A DNA stretch of 64,000 nt from Escherichia coli (GTDB taxonomy: Bacteria; Pseudomonadota; Gammaproteobacteria; Enterobacterales; Enterobacteriaceae). The stretch's first letter is position 1. Each line of letters opens with the position of its first letter. Shown one piece after another: positions 26,910-37,808 of the stretch. The DNA is taken from assembly GCF_013315695.1 (NCBI RefSeq), contig NZ_CP054353.1. One strand, 5' to 3'. Under the pieces are notes generated by a model that was given only the letters and a program-made list of their open reading frames with translations, was not told the origin of the DNA and searched no databases. The position numbers were made by a program, and so were the translations under genes.

Positions 26910-27185
26910 GTGGCTTCCATTTCCATCAGATGTCCTTCCTGCTCCGCTACTGAAGGCGTGGTGCGTAACGGCAAAAGCACTGCCGGACATCAGCGCTATC
27001 TCTGCTCTCATTGCCGTAAAACATGGCAACTACAGTTCACTTATACCGCCTCTCAGCCCGGTAAGCACCAGAAAATCATTGATATGGCCATGAATGGCGT
27101 CGGATGTCGCGCCAGTGCACGCATTATGGGCGTTGGCCTCAACACGGTTTTACGTCACTTAAAAAACTCAGGCCGCAGTCGGTAA
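26910..27185 (+). CDS. insA: IS1 InsA (variant)
   Basis: 91-aa ORF. Confidence 0.9.
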   Translation: MASISIRCPSCSATEGVVRNGKSTAGHQRYLCSHCRKTWQLQFTYTASQPGKHQKIIDMAMNGVGCRASARIMGVGLNTVLRHLKNSGRSR

Positions 27186-27607
27186 CCTCGCGCATACAAC
27201 CGGGCAGTGATGTGATTGTCTGCGCTGAAATGGACGAACAGTGGGGCTACGTCGGTGCTAAATCACGTCAGCGCTGGCTGTTTTACGCGTATGACAGGAT
27301 ACGGAGGACGGTTGTGGCGCACGTCTTCGGTGAACGCACTCTGGCCACACTGGAGCGTCTTCTGAGCCTGCTGTCGGCCTTTGAGGTCGTGGTATGGATG
27401 ACGGATGGCTGGCCGCTGTATGAATCACGCCTGAAGGGAAAGCTGCACGTTATCAGCAAGCGTTACACTCAGCGCATTGAGCGACATAATCTGAATCTGA
27501 GACAACATCTGGCAAGGCTGGGACGGAAGTCACTGTCGTTCTCAAAATCGGTGGAGCTGCATGACAAGGTCATCGGGCATTATCTGAACATAAAACACTA
27601 TCAGTAA
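27104..27607 (+). CDS. insB: IS1 InsB (variant)
   Basis: 167-aa ORF; TTAAAAAAC frameshift motif at 27149-27157. Confidence 0.9.
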   Translation: MSRQCTHYGRWPQHGFTSLKKLRPQSVTSRIQPGSDVIVCAEMDEQWGYVGAKSRQRWLFYAYDRIRRTVVAHVFGERTLATLERLLSLLSAFEVVVWMTDGWPLYESRLKGKLHVISKRYTQRIERHNLNLRQHLARLGRKSLSFSKSVELHDKVIGHYLNIKHYQ

Positions 27608-27805
27608 GTTGGAGTCATTACCCGACAGCGAGGTGTTTAGTGTGCCATGTCAGGCGAGAAATTCTATTGGATGAATCAAGTCCAACTTACTCATTGTCAA
27701 TTTCATGGTTGATTATTCGAAACGTGATGCTATTTCCAACATCAACGCTATAATTGCAGAATAATTGTAGATACATTTTTGTATATACAATTAGGGATGG
27801 CAATT

Positions 27806-28082
27806 ATGCCAATGGAGTTTGAATGGGATGAAAACAAGGCCAAAAGTAATCGGGTGAAACATGGCATCCGCTTTGAAGATGCGGTGTTATTGTTTGATGA
27901 TCCACAACATTTGTCACAGCAAGAACGCATAGAAAACGGTGAGTATCGCTGGCAGACATTACGGCATCGTGGTTATTCTGGTTGCGCATACCATCCGTTT
28001 CGAAAGCGGAAATGAAATTATTCGAATCATCAGTGCACGAAAAGCAGATCGTAAAGAGAGGAATCGCTATGAGCATGGTTAA
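27806..28082 (+). pseudogene. BrnT-like (DUF497) ribonuclease toxin gene, apparently frameshifted
   Basis: N-terminal MPMEFEWDENKAKSNRVKHGIRFEDAVLLFDDPQ in one frame ends after QTL; the conserved C-terminal IRIISARKA motif continues in another frame from about 27963 to the stop at 28080-28082; agggatgg upstream of the ATG. Confidence 0.7.
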
Positions 28083-28371
28083 ACATAAACGAGGGACCTC
28101 CTCTACACTCGATGTGCAGCATGAGGCCGAACTGAAGGCGCTGGCGAATAAATCCGACGAAGATATTGATTACAGTGATATCCCACCTTCCAGCGATGAG
28201 CAATGGTCTAACGCCGAACGCGGTAAGTTTTATCGGCCATTGAAAACTCAGGCTTCGGTGCGTATTGATGCTGATGTGATGGAATGGTTGAAGCGACCAG
28301 GTAAAGGCTATCAAACTCGCCTGAACGCAATTTTACGTGAAGCGATGCTGCGCGATCAGAACAAAAAATAA
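28069..28371 (+). CDS. BrnA-like antitoxin (ribbon-helix-helix family)
   Basis: About 100 aa from MSMVKHKRG; C-terminal GKGYQTRLNAILREAM typical of BrnA; start overlaps the toxin stop by 14 bp. Confidence 0.7.
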   Translation: MSMVKHKRGTSSTLDVQHEAELKALANKSDEDIDYSDIPPSSDEQWSNAERGKFYRPLKTQASVRIDADVMEWLKRPGKGYQTRLNAILREAMLRDQNKK

Positions 28372-28374
28372 TTC

Positions 28375-28400
28375 AGGCCGCCACATGGCGGCCATCATCC
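28375..28400. terminator. Putative bidirectional terminator hairpin between brnA-like gene and yjiA
   Basis: Palindrome ggccgccacatggcggcc between convergent stops. Confidence 0.4.
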
Positions 28401-28404
28401 AAAA

Positions 28405-29361
28405 TTACTTCCTCAACCCCGCAAACGCTGCCCGAATCTCTTCCTCCGGCAACTGAATCCCGATAAACACCATCGTGCTATGCGGTTTTTCATCGCCCCA
28501 CGGGCGGTCCCAGTCGGCGCTGTAGAGGCGTTGGACGCCCTGGAATAGCAGGCGGTTAGGTTCGCCGTCAATCCATAGCATCCCTTTGTAACGCAGTAGT
28601 TTATCCGCCGACTCCAGCAGCAGGTTTTCCATCACCCGGGAAACTTCGCTGATATCTACCGGGTAATCCAGTTCCACCACAATCGACGAAATATCGTTTT
28701 GTTTGTCCGTGATAAAGTGGAAACGCGGTTTGGTGCTGACGACGTTTTCTTCCAGCATAAAACCGTTGGTGTTGAACAGAAGGCCCAGGTCGATATCGCC
28801 GTGGGTAACGGTGTAGACCGGTGCGCGGGCGTTGATGCGCGCCAGGCGTTCACGCAGTTTCTCTGCTTCGCCTGCGACGTCGGTTTTCGTCAGCAGAATA
28901 CGGTCGGCGTAGCCAACCTGGGACTGGGCGATGGTGAACTGGTTCATCTGCTCATCGGCATGTACCGCATCCACCAGCGCAATCACGCCGTCCAGCAGGT
29001 AGCGCTGGCATAAAATCTCATGGGAGAAAAAGGTCTGAATAATCGGGCCGGGATCGGCCATGCCGGTGCATTCAATGACCAGACGGTCGAACTGAATATT
29101 GCCCTTGTCGAGATTATCCAGCAGGTCGAGTAGTGCGTCTTCCAGCTCGTTGGAGCGCGAACAGCAGATGCAGCCGTTGGTCAGCGTTTTGATCTGCGTG
29201 GCGCGGTCGCCAATCAGTTGATCATCAACGGAGACTTCGCCGAATTCGTTTTCAATCACGGCAATCTTGTAGCCGTGTTGTTCGTTAAGAATATGGCGCA
29301 GCAGGGTGGTTTTGCCCGCGCCTAAAAAACCGGTGAGTAGGGTAACTGCAATCGGGTTCAT
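28405..29361 (-). CDS. yjiA: CobW/COG0523-family GTPase YjiA
   Basis: 318 aa from MNPIAVTLLTGFLGAGKTTLL (P-loop); recognised YjiA. Confidence 0.9.
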   Translation of the reverse strand: MNPIAVTLLTGFLGAGKTTLLRHILNEQHGYKIAVIENEFGEVSVDDQLIGDRATQIKTLTNGCICCSRSNELEDALLDLLDNLDKGNIQFDRLVIECTGMADPGPIIQTFFSHEILCQRYLLDGVIALVDAVHADEQMNQFTIAQSQVGYADRILLTKTDVAGEAEKLRERLARINARAPVYTVTHGDIDLGLLFNTNGFMLEENVVSTKPRFHFITDKQNDISSIVVELDYPVDISEVSRVMENLLLESADKLLRYKGMLWIDGEPNRLLFQGVQRLYSADWDRPWGDEKPHSTMVFIGIQLPEEEIRAAFAGLRK

Positions 29362-29371
29362 GCTCTCTCCA

Positions 29372-29575
29372 TTAACAACAGCGCATACCGCCTTTACCAT
29401 CGCCGCCGTAGCGTGCGTTCTGGCGTTCGCGGAAGAATTCTTCATAGCTCATGTACGGCTTGTCGGGATGGTTGGTCTTCATATGCTCGACGTAGTTGTC
29501 GTAGTCTGGAATGCCAATCAACATCTTCGCCGCCTGGCCGAGATATTTTTTTGCCTGTCCTAAGTTACCAAACAT
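29372..29575 (-). CDS. yjiX: DUF466 small protein YjiX
   Basis: 67-aa ORF immediately downstream of btsT; recognised sequence. Confidence 0.85.
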
Positions 29576-29624
29576 AGTTCACTCTGATAAGAACAAAGCC
29601 CCGCCGAAGCGGGGCTAAACACGG

Positions 29625-31775
29625 TTAGTGGTGCGAAGAGATCTTCACGCCGCCTTCCGGGATTGGAACGTACGGTGTTTCTTTGTCAGTACGTTTGTCG
29701 CTGTTACGCACCGCAAGCCAGGTTTTGAAACCGTAGAAGATGATGCTGTACACCACAATCAGGAACAGAATACTCAGACCTGCGTTGGTGTAGTTGTTCA
29801 CAACGATGTGGTTCATGTTGGCAATCTGCTGCGTCGTCAGGTCAGTACCGTTAGCAATCTTCTCTTTGTACTGGCTTGCCATGTAGAAGAAGCCTTCCAT
29901 CTGCGGGTTGGTGCTGAACAGTTTCAGGCCCAGCGCCCAGGTGGTGCAGATAAGCAGCCATACAGCCGGAACAACAGTTACCCAGATGTATTGGGTGCGC
30001 TTCATCTTAATCAGCACAACGGTGCCCAGTACCAGCGCTACGGCTGCCAGCATCTGGTTGGAAATACCGAACAGCGGCCACAGGCTCTTAACGCCGCCCA
30101 GCGGATCGACCACGCCCTGATACAGCAGGTAGCCCCACAGACCCACACAGCCCGCAGTACCGATGATACCGGCAACCAGAGAGTCGGTTTTTTTCAGGAA
30201 CGGGATGAAGTTACCCAGCAGGTCTTGCAGCATAAAGCGGCCAGAACGGGTACCCGCATCCAGCGCGGTCAGGATGAACAGTGCTTCGAACAGAATACCG
30301 AAGTGATACCAGAAGCCCATGTCAGCCATCGGCAGCACTTTGTGGAACACGTGAGCGATACCTACCGCCAGCGTCGGCGCACCACCTGCACGGTTCAGGA
30401 CAGAAGGCTCACCAATGTCTTTCGCGGTTTGCAGGATCTGCTCTGGCGAAATCACGAAGCCCCAAGAGCTGACGGTCGCTGCCGCGTGTGCGGTAACGTC
30501 TTTCAGCTGCGCCATGATGATCGGCGCGTTCTCGCCCCCCATTTCATGCAGGTTAGGCATGGTGATGCCAAGGCCAGCAGGCGGGGTGTTCATCGCGAAG
30601 TAAAGACCCGGTTCGATGATGGACGCAGCAACCAGCGCCATAATCGCCACGAAGGACTCCATCAGCATTGCGCCGTAGCCGATGAAACGCGCGTCGGTTT
30701 CATTAGCCAGCAGTTTTGGCGTCGTACCGGAAGAGATCAGCGCGTGGAAGCCAGATACCGCACCACAGGCGATGGTGATGAACAGGAACGGGAACAGAGC
30801 GCCTTTCCACAGCGGGCCAGTACCGTCAATGTACTGGGTCATGGCAGGCATTTTCAGTTCCGGGTTCAGCACCACGATACCCAGCGCCAGGCCGACGATA
30901 ACGCCGATTTTCAGGAAGGTTGCCAGATAGTCGCGCGGTGCGAGGATCAGCCACACTGGCAGCAGTGCGGAAACAAACGCATAGCCAATCAGCGCGAAGG
31001 TAATGGTGGTGTCTTTAAAGGTCAGTGCCGGACCCCAGTACGGATCGTGAGCAATCACGCCACCGAAGTAGATAGAGGCAACCAGCAGCACGATACCAAT
31101 GACAGAGACTTCACCCACACGCCCCGGACGAATAAAGCGCATGTAGATACCCATAAACAGCGCAATCGGTACGGTTGAGCAAACGGTGAAGACACCCCAC
31201 GGACTTTCGGCCAGGGCTTTAACCACAATCAGCGCCAGGACGGCGAGGATGATGATCATGATTAAGAAACAGCCAAACAGCGCGATAGTCCCCGGTACTG
31301 GTCCCATCTCTTCTTTGATCATCTCACCAAGAGATGCGCCATTACGGCGAGAGGAGATAAACAGCACCATAAAGTCCTGAACCGCACCGGCCAGCACGAC
31401 CCCCGCCAGCAGCCACAGCGTGCCAGGCAGGTAGCCCATCTGCGCGGCGAGAACCGGACCCACCAGCGGACCAGCACCGGCGATAGCGGCGAAGTGGTGA
31501 CCAAACAACACGTAACGGTTGGTCGGAACGTAGTTCAGACCGTCGTTGTTAATAACCGCAGGCGTCGCGCGCGTGGGGTCGAGTTTCATCACCTTCTGGG
31601 CGATGTACAGACTGTAGTAGCGATACGCCACCAGATACACCGACACAGAGGCGACCACGATCCACAGGGCGCTGACGTGCTCCCCCCGACGTAATGCAAC
31701 TACCGCGAGGCAGAATGCACCGATGATTCCGAGAATCACCCAGGGTATGTGCTTGAATATCTTTTTAGTATCCAT
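29625..31775 (-). CDS. btsT: Pyruvate/H+ symporter BtsT (YjiY, CstA family)
   Basis: 716 aa from MDTKKIFKHIPW; recognised sequence. Confidence 0.92.
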   Translation of the reverse strand: MDTKKIFKHIPWVILGIIGAFCLAVVALRRGEHVSALWIVVASVSVYLVAYRYYSLYIAQKVMKLDPTRATPAVINNDGLNYVPTNRYVLFGHHFAAIAGAGPLVGPVLAAQMGYLPGTLWLLAGVVLAGAVQDFMVLFISSRRNGASLGEMIKEEMGPVPGTIALFGCFLIMIIILAVLALIVVKALAESPWGVFTVCSTVPIALFMGIYMRFIRPGRVGEVSVIGIVLLVASIYFGGVIAHDPYWGPALTFKDTTITFALIGYAFVSALLPVWLILAPRDYLATFLKIGVIVGLALGIVVLNPELKMPAMTQYIDGTGPLWKGALFPFLFITIACGAVSGFHALISSGTTPKLLANETDARFIGYGAMLMESFVAIMALVAASIIEPGLYFAMNTPPAGLGITMPNLHEMGGENAPIIMAQLKDVTAHAAATVSSWGFVISPEQILQTAKDIGEPSVLNRAGGAPTLAVGIAHVFHKVLPMADMGFWYHFGILFEALFILTALDAGTRSGRFMLQDLLGNFIPFLKKTDSLVAGIIGTAGCVGLWGYLLYQGVVDPLGGVKSLWPLFGISNQMLAAVALVLGTVVLIKMKRTQYIWVTVVPAVWLLICTTWALGLKLFSTNPQMEGFFYMASQYKEKIANGTDLTTQQIANMNHIVVNNYTNAGLSILFLIVVYSIIFYGFKTWLAVRNSDKRTDKETPYVPIPEGGVKISSHH

Positions 31776-31987
31776 AGTAAAACCTGGCATGTATTGATTA
31801 ATAGTTGGCCGAAGCCGTTCTAGGTTTGCGTTGCGTTTGAGGAGGTAAATTGACCGCTATCCTGTAGTGATGTTGCCAGAGTTACGCGCGCGTAAAGTAA
31901 GGTAAATAACTGAGTGGTTATTTTAGGGATGTAAGCGGTCAGTTTTGCGGTTGAGCGGCAAAGGCGTCGTTTAAGTGACGATAAATA

Positions 31988-32003
31988 TGTGATTCATATC
32001 ACA
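31988..32003. promoter_or_regulatory. Putative CRP binding site in the btsT-tsr intergenic region
   Basis: tgtgattcatatcaca is a perfect TGTGA-N6-TCACA palindrome. Confidence 0.5.
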
Positions 32004-32151
32004 TATTTATATTGTGAGTAATTTATGTAAATAATGGCTTTTTAAATTCAGAGTGTGAATAAAATTACTCGGCGTAATCTCCGCGGGATATTCATAAAGT
32101 TTTTCCTTTCCTGGCCGAAAATCTTGCATCGGTCCACAGGAAAGAGAAACC

Positions 32152-33813
32152 ATGTTAAAACGTATCAAAATTGTGACCAGCTTACTGCTGGTTTTGGCCG
32201 TTTTTGGCCTTTTACAACTGACATCAGGCGGTCTGTTCTTTAATGCCTTAAAGAATGACAAAGAAAATTTCACTGTTTTACAAACCATTCGCCAGCAGCA
32301 ATCCACGCTGAATGGCAGCTGGGTCGCGTTGTTGCAGACGCGTAACACCCTCAACCGCGCGGGTATCCGCTACATGATGGATCAGAATAATATTGGTAGC
32401 GGTTCAACCGTTGCTGAGCTGATGGAGAGTGCCAGTATTTCGCTGAAACAGGCGGAAAAAAACTGGGCGGATTACGAAGCGTTGCCGCGTGACCCGCGTC
32501 AGAGCACCGCCGCAGCGGCAGAGATCAAACGTAATTACGATATTTATCACAATGCGCTGGCGGAGCTGATCCAACTGTTAGGTGCAGGCAAAATCAACGA
32601 GTTCTTTGATCAGCCGACCCAGGGATATCAGGACGGTTTCGAGAAGCAGTATGTGGCTTACATGGAGCAAAACGATCGGCTCTATGATATCGCCGTCAGC
32701 GATAATAATGCCTCCTACAGCCAGGCGATGTGGATTCTGGTGGGCGTGATGATCGTCGTACTGGCGGTCATCTTCGCCGTCTGGTTCGGTATTAAAGCCT
32801 CGCTGGTAGCGCCAATGAATCGCCTGATTGACAGCATTCGTCATATTGCAGGCGGCGATCTGGTGAAACCGATTGAGGTGGATGGCTCTAATGAGATGGG
32901 GCAACTGGCAGAGAGTTTGCGCCATATGCAGGGAGAGCTGATGCGTACCGTCGGTGATGTGCGCAACGGGGCCAATGCCATTTATAGCGGTGCCAGCGAA
33001 ATCGCCACCGGCAATAACGATCTCTCTTCGCGCACCGAGCAACAGGCCGCTTCGCTGGAAGAGACGGCAGCCAGCATGGAGCAACTGACCGCAACGGTGA
33101 AACAGAACGCCGAGAATGCGCGCCAGGCCAGCCACCTGGCGTTAAGTGCTTCTGAAACGGCGCAACGTGGCGGCAAAGTGGTGGATAACGTAGTACAGAC
33201 TATGCGCGATATCTCCACCAGCTCGCAGAAAATCGCCGATATTATCAGCGTAATTGACGGCATTGCCTTCCAGACCAATATTCTGGCTTTGAACGCGGCG
33301 GTTGAAGCAGCGCGTGCGGGTGAGCAAGGGCGCGGTTTTGCGGTGGTTGCGGGAGAAGTGCGTAATCTGGCCCAGCGTAGCGCCCAGGCGGCTCGTGAAA
33401 TTAAAAGCCTGATTGAAGACTCGGTGGGGAAAGTGGATGTTGGCTCTACGCTGGTCGAAAGCGCCGGGGAAACAATGGCGGAGATTGTCAGTGCTGTGAC
33501 CCGCGTGACGGACATTATGGGCGAAATAGCTTCTGCTTCTGATGAGCAGAGCCGTGGTATCGATCAGGTTGGCTTAGCGGTCGCTGAGATGGACCGGGTA
33601 ACTCAACAGAACGCTGCGCTGGTGGAAGAATCTGCCGCCGCCGCCGCGCTGGAAGAGCAGGCCAGTCGCCTGACCGAAGCTGTGGCAGTGTTCCGGATTC
33701 AGCAACAGCAGCAACATCAGCGTGAAACATCGGCTGTGGTAAAAACCGTGACGCCAGCTGCGCCGCGTAAAATGGCCGTAGCAGATAGCGGGGAGAACTG
33801 GGAAACGTTTTAA
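32152..33813 (+). CDS. tsr: Serine chemoreceptor Tsr (methyl-accepting chemotaxis protein I)
   Basis: 553-aa ORF with HAMP and MCP signalling domains, C-terminal NWETF pentapeptide; recognised Tsr. Confidence 0.93.
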   Translation: MLKRIKIVTSLLLVLAVFGLLQLTSGGLFFNALKNDKENFTVLQTIRQQQSTLNGSWVALLQTRNTLNRAGIRYMMDQNNIGSGSTVAELMESASISLKQAEKNWADYEALPRDPRQSTAAAAEIKRNYDIYHNALAELIQLLGAGKINEFFDQPTQGYQDGFEKQYVAYMEQNDRLYDIAVSDNNASYSQAMWILVGVMIVVLAVIFAVWFGIKASLVAPMNRLIDSIRHIAGGDLVKPIEVDGSNEMGQLAESLRHMQGELMRTVGDVRNGANAIYSGASEIATGNNDLSSRTEQQAASLEETAASMEQLTATVKQNAENARQASHLALSASETAQRGGKVVDNVVQTMRDISTSSQKIADIISVIDGIAFQTNILALNAAVEAARAGEQGRGFAVVAGEVRNLAQRSAQAAREIKSLIEDSVGKVDVGSTLVESAGETMAEIVSAVTRVTDIMGEIASASDEQSRGIDQVGLAVAEMDRVTQQNAALVEESAAAAALEEQASRLTEAVAVFRIQQQQQHQRETSAVVKTVTPAAPRKMAVADSGENWETF

Positions 33814-33821
33814 TCGCCATA

Positions 33822-33855
33822 AAAATGCCCGATAAGCAAAATGTTATCGGGCATA
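33822..33855. terminator. Putative bidirectional rho-independent terminator (tsr / lgoT convergent)
   Basis: Hairpin gcccgataa-gcaaaatg-ttatcgggc flanked by A/T runs. Confidence 0.55.
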
Positions 33856-33861
33856 GGGAGA

Positions 33862-35223
33862 TTAATCTTTCCGTGGGGCGTTGATCGGCTGACGAACCAG
33901 GAAGATGTACGTCAGTGCACCCGCCGCAGTGACGCAACCGCAGATGATTAGTGCCAGACGGAATGAATGGGTGGTATCAACAATAAAACCAGTAATGATC
34001 GGCGCGAAAGAGGCGCAGATGAAGCTGGCAAAGTTCTGGATACTGCCCACCGACGCCGTCATGCGAGAAGCAACTGCGACGTGGATCAAGCCCCAGCAGG
34101 ATGTTCCGGCAAAGTGAATACAAAACAGTGCCATGCCAATCAGCAGAACCGCTGTCATGGATGTTGTCGCTTGCGGTACGACCAGCGTAAAGGCGGCAGA
34201 ACAGAACATCCCGGCAATAATGCAGATCTTACGGCTTTTAATCGGAGCCATTCCCCCTTTGACCAGCCAGTCGGTAACGTAACCGTTGACCAGCATCCCG
34301 GCAGCCCCAAACAGGAAAGGGATAGCCGCCATCAATCCTGTGCTTTTTAAATCTAGGTTATAGGCTGTTTGCAGGTAACCAGGAAGCCAGGCCAGATACA
34401 GCCACGCAGTGTAGTTGATGCCACTGAATCCGAGCATCATTCCCCACATTGTGCGGTTACGGAACAGGCTGCGCCATTCGGCAAAACTGAGCGGATCTCG
34501 GCGGGCATTGACGCTACCTGCATTGAGATAAGCTTGTTCAACGGCAGTCAGTTCTACGTGCTCGCGGTTGCGATAGAGCATATACCAGCCGATGGCGAGA
34601 AAAATCCCCAGTACACCAATGGTAATAAACATCCCGCGCCAGCCCATCACCAGCATCATCGCCGCCAGAATCGGTGGGCTTACGGCAACGCCAATGGTAG
34701 AAGCTGCGTTGAAAAAGCCCATCGGGCGTCCGCGCTCTTTGATGTTGAACCAGTCGTTAATGACTTTTACACCGCATGGGTTCATCGGCGCTTCACCAAT
34801 CCCCATACCAATACGCACCAACACGAACTGCGTAAAGCTGTGCACCATGCCAGACATGGCCTGGAACAGTGACCAGAAGAACATCCCCAGTCCCAGCATC
34901 AGGCGTGGGCCTTTACGATCCAATAGTGGGCCGCAAGGAAGTTGCGCAATCCCGTAAGCGAGTGAAAACACGGAGAGCAAAGCGCCGATTTCGGTGGCAC
35001 TTAATCCCAATTCTTCACGAATCGTTAAATTTACTACCGACAGCGAACTGCGGTCGAGATAATTGATTACCGCCGCAAAAAATAATAACAACATGGCGGT
35101 GGCTTGAATGCGTTTAATTCGGGTACTGCGTTGAACTAATCCATCTGGTGGCACGGGAATATCTGCCGACGAAGATGGAGTAAATGAAGAACGCGGATCG
35201 ATGGTGATATTTTCTTTTTCCAC
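33862..35223 (-). CDS. lgoT: L-galactonate:H+ symporter LgoT (YjjL), MFS
   Basis: 453-aa MFS ORF recognised as YjjL. Confidence 0.88.
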   Translation of the reverse strand: MEKENITIDPRSSFTPSSSADIPVPPDGLVQRSTRIKRIQATAMLLLFFAAVINYLDRSSLSVVNLTIREELGLSATEIGALLSVFSLAYGIAQLPCGPLLDRKGPRLMLGLGMFFWSLFQAMSGMVHSFTQFVLVRIGMGIGEAPMNPCGVKVINDWFNIKERGRPMGFFNAASTIGVAVSPPILAAMMLVMGWRGMFITIGVLGIFLAIGWYMLYRNREHVELTAVEQAYLNAGSVNARRDPLSFAEWRSLFRNRTMWGMMLGFSGINYTAWLYLAWLPGYLQTAYNLDLKSTGLMAAIPFLFGAAGMLVNGYVTDWLVKGGMAPIKSRKICIIAGMFCSAAFTLVVPQATTSMTAVLLIGMALFCIHFAGTSCWGLIHVAVASRMTASVGSIQNFASFICASFAPIITGFIVDTTHSFRLALIICGCVTAAGALTYIFLVRQPINAPRKD

Positions 35224-35325
35224 GCCGGACTCCTATATTTATAATTTTAATTGTTTACGTAATTGTGCATTACGCAAGGTTGACATTAACGGCAGGTTAA
35301 AGTTTTAGGACTTTACTACCGCTCA

Positions 35326-36520
<1,195 letters not shown>

Positions 36521-36649
36521 CTTGTGAGTCCATTAAAACCCGATTTAAAACATTTTTATGCGTGTGTTTTCACAAAACAGATTTTCCGTTCCGCTGCCAT
36601 TTTTCATTTTCATTGATATCTAAGGCAACAAAAAATGGAGAGCCGAATC

Positions 36650-37672
36650 ATGTCTACGATGAATGTTTTAATTTGCCAGCAGCCGAAAGAATTAGTCTGG
36701 AAACAACGCGAGATACCTATTCCGGGTGACAATGAAGCATTAATAAAAATTAAGTCTGTCGGGATTTGCGGTACCGATATTCATGCCTGGGGTGGACATC
36801 AACCATTTTTTAGTTATCCACGGGTTTTAGGCCATGAAATATGTGGGGAGATTGTTGGGCTGGGTAAAAATATTGCTGATCTTAAAAATGGTCAGCAAGT
36901 TGCTGTGATCCCTTATGTTGCCTGTCAGCAATGCCCAGCGTGTAAAAGCGGTCGTACCAATTGCTGTGAAAAAATTTCAGTCATCGGCGTGCATCAGGAT
37001 GGCGGTTTTAGTGAGTATTTGAGCGTGCCGGTGGCGAACATTTTGCCCGCAGACGGTATTGACCCGCAGGCGGCCGCATTGATTGAACCTTTCGCTATTA
37101 GCGCTCATGCGGTGCGTCGCGCAGCCATTGCTCCCGGCGAGCAGGTGCTGGTGGTCGGGGCGGGGCCAATCGGTCTGGGCGCGGCGGCAATCGCTAAAGC
37201 CGATGGCGCACAGGTGGTGGTGGCGGATACCAGTCCGGCGCGCCGTGAACATGTGGCAACGCGTCTGGAGTTGCCCGTGCTGGACCCGTCAGCCGAAGAT
37301 TTTGACGCGCAGCTGCGGGCGCAGTTTGGTGGTTCGCTGGCGCAGAAAGTGATCGACGCGACAGGTAATCAACATGCGATGAATAACACCGTGAATCTGA
37401 TTCGTCACGGCGGCACGGTGGTATTTGTCGGCCTGTTTAAAGGTGAGTTGCAGTTCTCCGATCCGGAATTCCATAAAAAAGAAACGACGATGATGGGCAG
37501 CCGCAACGCCACGCCGGAAGATTTCGCTAAAGTCGGTCGACTGATGGCGGAAGGGAAAATCACTGCTGACATGATGTTAACCCATCGCTATCCGTTCGCC
37601 ACGCTGGCAGAAACCTACGAGCGCGATGTGATTAACAATCGTGATTTGATTAAGGGTGTAATTACTTTCTGA
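36650..37672 (+). CDS. lgoD: L-galactonate-5-dehydrogenase LgoD (YjjN), zinc-containing alcohol dehydrogenase family
   Basis: 340 aa from MSTMNVLI; GHE..G zinc-binding region and GxGxxG Rossmann motif. Confidence 0.88.
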   Translation: MSTMNVLICQQPKELVWKQREIPIPGDNEALIKIKSVGICGTDIHAWGGHQPFFSYPRVLGHEICGEIVGLGKNIADLKNGQQVAVIPYVACQQCPACKSGRTNCCEKISVIGVHQDGGFSEYLSVPVANILPADGIDPQAAALIEPFAISAHAVRRAAIAPGEQVLVVGAGPIGLGAAAIAKADGAQVVVADTSPARREHVATRLELPVLDPSAEDFDAQLRAQFGGSLAQKVIDATGNQHAMNNTVNLIRHGGTVVFVGLFKGELQFSDPEFHKKETTMMGSRNATPEDFAKVGRLMAEGKITADMMLTHRYPFATLAETYERDVINNRDLIKGVITF

Positions 37673-37808
37673 TAAGGCGAGATTATTAAAGTTGCCATGC
37701 AGCGTCCGGGGAAGTGTTGGGCGCTGTTTTTTTGTTTCTTAATAATGTGTTGTAAGCCGTAGAAGGTGTGTAGGTCGCACCTTATGCGACCTACACATCA
37801 GTCAGGAA

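Larger units (their letters stand above)
26855..27622 (+). mobile_element. IS1 (variant type), complete 768 bp, inverted relative to the 12419-13186 copy; second inversion breakpoint
   Basis: Protein-identical to the variant copy at 12419-13186; left flank cctgttgag is the reverse complement of that copy's left flank; right flank cgacagcga is unrelated. Confidence 0.93.

Noticed and set aside
27675-27695. Short motif tccaacttactcatt resembling the IS1 terminal repeat core (ccaacttactgat) about 55 bp beyond the variant IS1
   Set aside because: Only about 10 contiguous matching bases with no second end or transposase remnant; it may be a degenerate IS1 end or chance and cannot be called a relic from this alone.
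29628-31178. 516-aa plus-strand ORF (also 49865-51355 minus 496 aa, 7416-8432 minus 338 aa, 60242-61105 minus 287 aa, 57708-58484 minus 258 aa)
   Set aside because: Each lies entirely antisense to a well-supported conserved gene (btsT, prfC, uxuA, deoB, deoC); their compositions are low-complexity and Arg/His/Gln-rich as expected for the reverse frame of GC-rich coding sequence, so they are frame artefacts.
37735-37800. Perfect 9-bp-stem hairpin gtaggtcgc-acctta-tgcgacctac between lgoD and opgB
   Set aside because: It could be a REP-like palindrome or a terminator, but it is not followed by a T tract on either strand and does not match the REP consensus closely.
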